A stretch of 64,000 nucleotides of DNA, from positions 90 to 64,089 of the forward strand of contig CAAGPL010000045.1 of the NCBI GenBank assembly GCA_900771805.1, in the 5' to 3' direction. This document shows, piece by piece, positions 60,600 to 64,000 of the stretch; the first letter of the stretch is position 1; each line of letters begins with the position of its first letter. Source of the stretch: Bacilli bacterium (GTDB lineage Bacteria > Bacillota_I > Bacilli_A > RF39 > UBA660). Made by a program: the position numbers and the translations under genes. The notes under the pieces are model-generated. The model ran no database searches. It saw only the letters and a program-made list of their open reading frames with translations, and had not been told where the DNA came from.

Positions 60600-63500
60600 T
60601 CACTTTAACTTATACCAAAAGCGAATAATTTTACCATCGCTCATGAAATTTCCACCTTTTCCAAGATAATCTCTAACACCCCATATGGCATTTTTATGTG
60701 TATAATCGAATGTGTATTTTATAACACTTCTGTTTCTATTAGAAAAACTAATAGCATCATTAGTATATTTTACAATATTGTTACCTTTAGAAAATTCTTC
60801 ATCTATAACATGCTTTTGATAATGATATTTCATAGAATAATACCCATTATCGAAACTACCTTTATACCATTTAGAAGCCGCAATTGCGGTTCGCGTAATT
60901 CCATAACCAATTCCTGCTATTGAACCTACTATTGAACCCCACATTGCTCCATCAGATCCACCAGTAATAGCTGCTTTAAAAGACCCTTTATTACTTTTTC
61001 TTTTTTTCTTATTTTTGATTACTGATTTAGTCGCACCATATGCTGCACCAATTATAGTTCCACCAATTGCAAATTTTAATGCAGATGATGCTATATATCC
61101 AGCTACTCCAGAGGATGATCCACCTGTTGCCACTGTTACTACTGCACACGTTACAATAACAGCTGCAGCCGTTATAACTTTTAAAGCACTTTTAATTTTC
61201 CACTTAGGCCAATTACCATTTTCATCAGCATAATTAATCGGATTGTTTAAAGCATACTGATACATATTATTACCATCTAAATTCCCAATATCAGATATTC
61301 CTATATCGGCATTAATAAATCTTCTCCAATTTGGATTATAATATCTTTCATTTAAATAATATAATTTTGTTTCTTTGTCGTAGTAAAAACTTCTATATCT
61401 AAATGGATTTATGTTTGCAATATGAGAAATATCGGTTGATACATCATTGTCGTTTTCATCTGTAATAGAAATCATTTTCCCCCACGAATCATACTTATAT
61501 CTAGCAACTACATTGAAATTACAATCTAATATACCAACAATATCATCTTTGCTATTTTTCATATAATAATATATATCATCATTGTATTTAAATCCAATTA
61601 AATCATCTATATTACTACGTAAATAGTATAACACATTATCACCACTTTTTTCAAATATAATATCATTTCCATCTAAATAATATTTAGTTTCAATGCCATT
61701 TATAATTTTGCTCGTTCTAATACCATTATCATCATATTTATATGTTATATTATTTGATCCATCATTATATGATTTTAATTCTCTTCCGTTGGTCCAATTT
61801 AAATATATATTATTACCAATAGATAGAGGATTACCAATCTCATCATAACTTATTTCATGACCATTAAATTCTGTTAATTGATCTTCCCAAGCCTCATTAT
61901 TATACTTATATGTATTTTGATTAATAAATTCATATGTTTCAATATTATACACTCTTTCAAATAATATATTTCCAACATTGTCATATTTATATTTTGTAAT
62001 TGTTTTATCTTCATAATTAATTTCTTTTATAAGTTGATTAAAATTGTCATAATAATATTTGTTTACTATATTACCATTTTTATAAATATGAGTCATATTA
62101 TTTAAAGAATCATATTTATATAAAAACTTATCTGTTCCAGCCGTTAAACTTTTTATCATTGCTGACGTATTTTTACCATTTTTTAAATATTCATAATTCG
62201 TTTCATAAGCATCATTTATTTTACTACTTTTTATCCTTCCTATTGTATCATAACTATAATCTATTTTATTGTTATCAAATAAAGTACTGATTATTAAATC
62301 ATCATCATTAAAATTATTAGTTATTTCATTACTTAAATTATTCATATTATATTTAATTCCTATAACATTATCATTGGAATCATAATTATATTTAATTTTA
62401 AAATCATTAAATCTATATTCACTTAATTTTCCGGATAGATTATAGGAATATTTAATAATAGCATTATTTGATATTATTTTTGCTAGATTACCATTATTAT
62501 TATATTTATAATTATATATATCATCTATTTTAGTAGCCTTTTTTAATCTATTAAATTCATCATACTCATAATCAATAGAATCGCCATTCCCATAAACAGA
62601 TGATGTTAAACAATCACCTTGGTCATAGTAATTGCTAACAAGATTAACATCTTCTCCAATTTTGATATTTTTAATATTTAAAAATTCGTCGTATATGAAA
62701 TTATATTCCTTTGTTCCATATGTAATCTTACTTAATAAGTTCTTATCATTATATTTATATTCTACTTTTCTTCTTCCTTTAGAAACTTTTGTTAATTCAT
62801 TTTTATCACTATAAGTATAATATATTACATTCCCCTTAGAATCTGTTTCAGAATGAATTAATCCTGTTAACTCATCCATTTCATATAAACTAACATTACC
62901 AAATGGATCAGATATACTCTTAATAAATCTACCATCTTCTGTGTATTTCGCAGTATTTTCAATAAATAAATCAGAATCTATTGTCTCAAAATAAAATTCA
63001 AAACGAAAATCATCTTCTATTAAATCTGCTGCCTCTAAACCTGAATCAGTGATTTTTAAATATTTATCTTCTAGTTTTAATTTTATATAATAACTTCCAT
63101 TTTTATTCTTTTGAAGTTTAAATAATGATTTATCATTATTATAACTAGTTAGTAATACAAAGTTATCAATAATTGTAAAATATTTATCGTTAATTATAAA
63201 ATGGCTTATTTTAAAGTATTCTCCATCCTTTTTCAACTCCCATAAACTATGATTATAGTCCTCATCAGTTACAGAAATTTTATTGGCAATATTTTGCAAA
63301 TAATTATTTGTACCTTTTAATCTTATTTTGTATAAACCATCAGTTACATTACCAATAATATTATTTTTTTTAATTATGGTTGCAACCGGATTATTATTAT
63401 TATCATACTTTATTTGATTAGATATGCCCATATCAGATATACCATTAATAACTCTATCAGTAATAATATTATCATATTCAAATGCAAATCTTTTTCCTTT

Positions 63501-63998
63501 TGGATTAATCATTTGAATTAATTGATTATTTTTATCATAATTAAACTTATCACTATTATTTTCTGAATTATTTTCCAATATTACATTACCATTATCATCA
63601 TATTCATAATAAACATTTTTCACATCCTTAAATAAACTCATATTTGAAATATAAAAATTATTTGCAGTGTATTCATGACTTATCAATAATGTAATGGAAG
63701 TGTAATCTCTTTCAGCAACAAAATCATTTGATACATATTGCCAAGCTTCATCATTTATGTTTAATATTGGGCTTGGTAATACACAACCACCAGATTCTTC
63801 ACTATCAACATATTTGAAAATAATGAAAACTCTGCTCCCATAGTATTCTGATAAATTGGAATTTATGCCTTCATTTTTATACCAAAACGATATATTAAAT
63901 GTATCCCCACCTTTACCACTTATGTTGAACTTTTTCTCCATATTCGTAGTATGAACTGGGTTAAGTTTAGTTTTTAACGCCTTAACACCATTATCCAA
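60600..63998 (-). CDS. RHS/YD-repeat polymorphic toxin (N-terminus outside the window)
   Basis: More than 1132 aa. The apparent start is only a TTG at the window edge. Many YD repeats (YEYDDNGN, YKYNNNGN, YKYDNVGN...). RHS core end is RYYNPNWRRFINAD...YQYALNNPINYADENGN, followed by a 203-aa variable C-terminal region. Confidence 0.9.
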   Translation of the reverse strand: MDNGVKALKTKLNPVHTTNMEKKFNISGKGGDTFNISFWYKNEGINSNLSEYYGSRVFIIFKYVDSEESGGCVLPSPILNINDEAWQYVSNDFVAERDYTSITLLISHEYTANNFYISNMSLFKDVKNVYYEYDDNGNVILENNSENNSDKFNYDKNNQLIQMINPKGKRFAFEYDNIITDRVINGISDMGISNQIKYDNNNNPVATIIKKNNIIGNVTDGLYKIRLKGTNNYLQNIANKISVTDEDYNHSLWELKKDGEYFKISHFIINDKYFTIIDNFVLLTSYNNDKSLFKLQKNKNGSYYIKLKLEDKYLKITDSGLEAADLIEDDFRFEFYFETIDSDLFIENTAKYTEDGRFIKSISDPFGNVSLYEMDELTGLIHSETDSKGNVIYYTYSDKNELTKVSKGRRKVEYKYNDKNLLSKITYGTKEYNFIYDEFLNIKNIKIGEDVNLVSNYYDQGDCLTSSVYGNGDSIDYEYDEFNRLKKATKIDDIYNYKYNNNGNLAKIISNNAIIKYSYNLSGKLSEYRFNDFKIKYNYDSNDNVIGIKYNMNNLSNEITNNFNDDDLIISTLFDNNKIDYSYDTIGRIKSSKINDAYETNYEYLKNGKNTSAMIKSLTAGTDKFLYKYDSLNNMTHIYKNGNIVNKYYYDNFNQLIKEINYEDKTITKYKYDNVGNILFERVYNIETYEFINQNTYKYNNEAWEDQLTEFNGHEISYDEIGNPLSIGNNIYLNWTNGRELKSYNDGSNNITYKYDDNGIRTSKIINGIETKYYLDGNDIIFEKSGDNVLYYLRSNIDDLIGFKYNDDIYYYMKNSKDDIVGILDCNFNVVARYKYDSWGKMISITDENDNDVSTDISHIANINPFRYRSFYYDKETKLYYLNERYYNPNWRRFINADIGISDIGNLDGNNMYQYALNNPINYADENGNWPKWKIKSALKVITAAAVIVTCAVVTVATGGSSSGVAGYIASSALKFAIGGTIIGAAYGATKSVIKNKKKRKSNKGSFKAAITGGSDGAMWGSIVGSIAGIGYGITRTAIAASKWYKGSFDNGYYSMKYHYQKHVIDEEFSKGNNIVKYTNDAISFSNRNRSVIKYTFDYTHKNAIWGVRDYLGKGGNFMSDGKIIRFWYKLK

Positions 63999-64000
63999 TG

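Larger units (their letters stand above)
53841..64000 (-). mobile_element. Prophage-like intervening element inserted in yabG (proximal end only; continues beyond the window)
   Basis: Starts at the broken yabG frame. Contains two large serine recombinases, small phage-type ORFs, a sigma-r4-like regulator, a holin/M23-endolysin cassette and an RHS toxin/immunity pair, all on the minus strand. No core genes. Confidence 0.7.

Noticed and set aside
1-64000. Scan for CRISPR arrays, rRNA or tRNA genes, IS elements and long direct repeats.
   Set aside because: No regularly spaced repeats, no rRNA-like or cloverleaf-forming GC-rich segments other than tmRNA, and no transposase ORFs were seen by eye. 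Short dispersed repeats cannot be excluded without computation.

Overview
Strongly AT-rich chromosomal segment from an endospore-forming low-GC Firmicute. Evidence: spoIIR, ytaF-like, sigH, yabP, yabQ, spoVG, veg and yabG are all present. The standard genetic code applies, because conserved genes translate full length without reading through TGA. About 53 kb (108-53840) is an almost entirely minus-strand block of core genes. In descending coordinate order these are: veg, a two-gene adhesin insertion, spoVG, yabP-yabQ-divIC, mrnC-rlmB-sigH, secE-nusG-rplKAJL, a ybxB-like methyltransferase, rpoBC, tilS-ftsH, DUF1934-argS-rpoE-prfA-(AlkP-family gene)-prmC, spoIIR, ytaF-like, fba, murA, rpmE, rpsL-rpsG-fusA-tuf, eno, secG, rnr, a CapA-like gene, smpB and tmRNA (ssrA). 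Only three sizeable genes lie on the plus strand: a phosphodiester glycosidase, a FemAB-family transferase and a class A PBP. Three regions look accessory. (1) 855-1800 holds a decayed coiled-coil gene next to ssrA. (2) 46451-53033 holds two very large surface proteins inserted between veg and spoVG; one has a possible thioester-domain signature. (3) 53841 to the window edge is a prophage-like element. The main finding concerns region 3. The sporulation protease gene yabG survives only as its 3' portion (53343-53840). It directly abuts the prophage-like element. Reading away from the junction, the element carries two overlapping large serine recombinases, two tandem paralogous small proteins and a sigma-region-4-like regulator. 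It also carries a holin/M23-endolysin cassette and an RHS polymorphic toxin with a cognate immunity gene. This layout matches the skin/SPbeta class of mother-cell-excised intervening elements, here in yabG and with a recombinase pair. The distal junction lies outside the window, so the claim is testable but unproven. No CRISPR array, rRNA or tRNA gene was seen.
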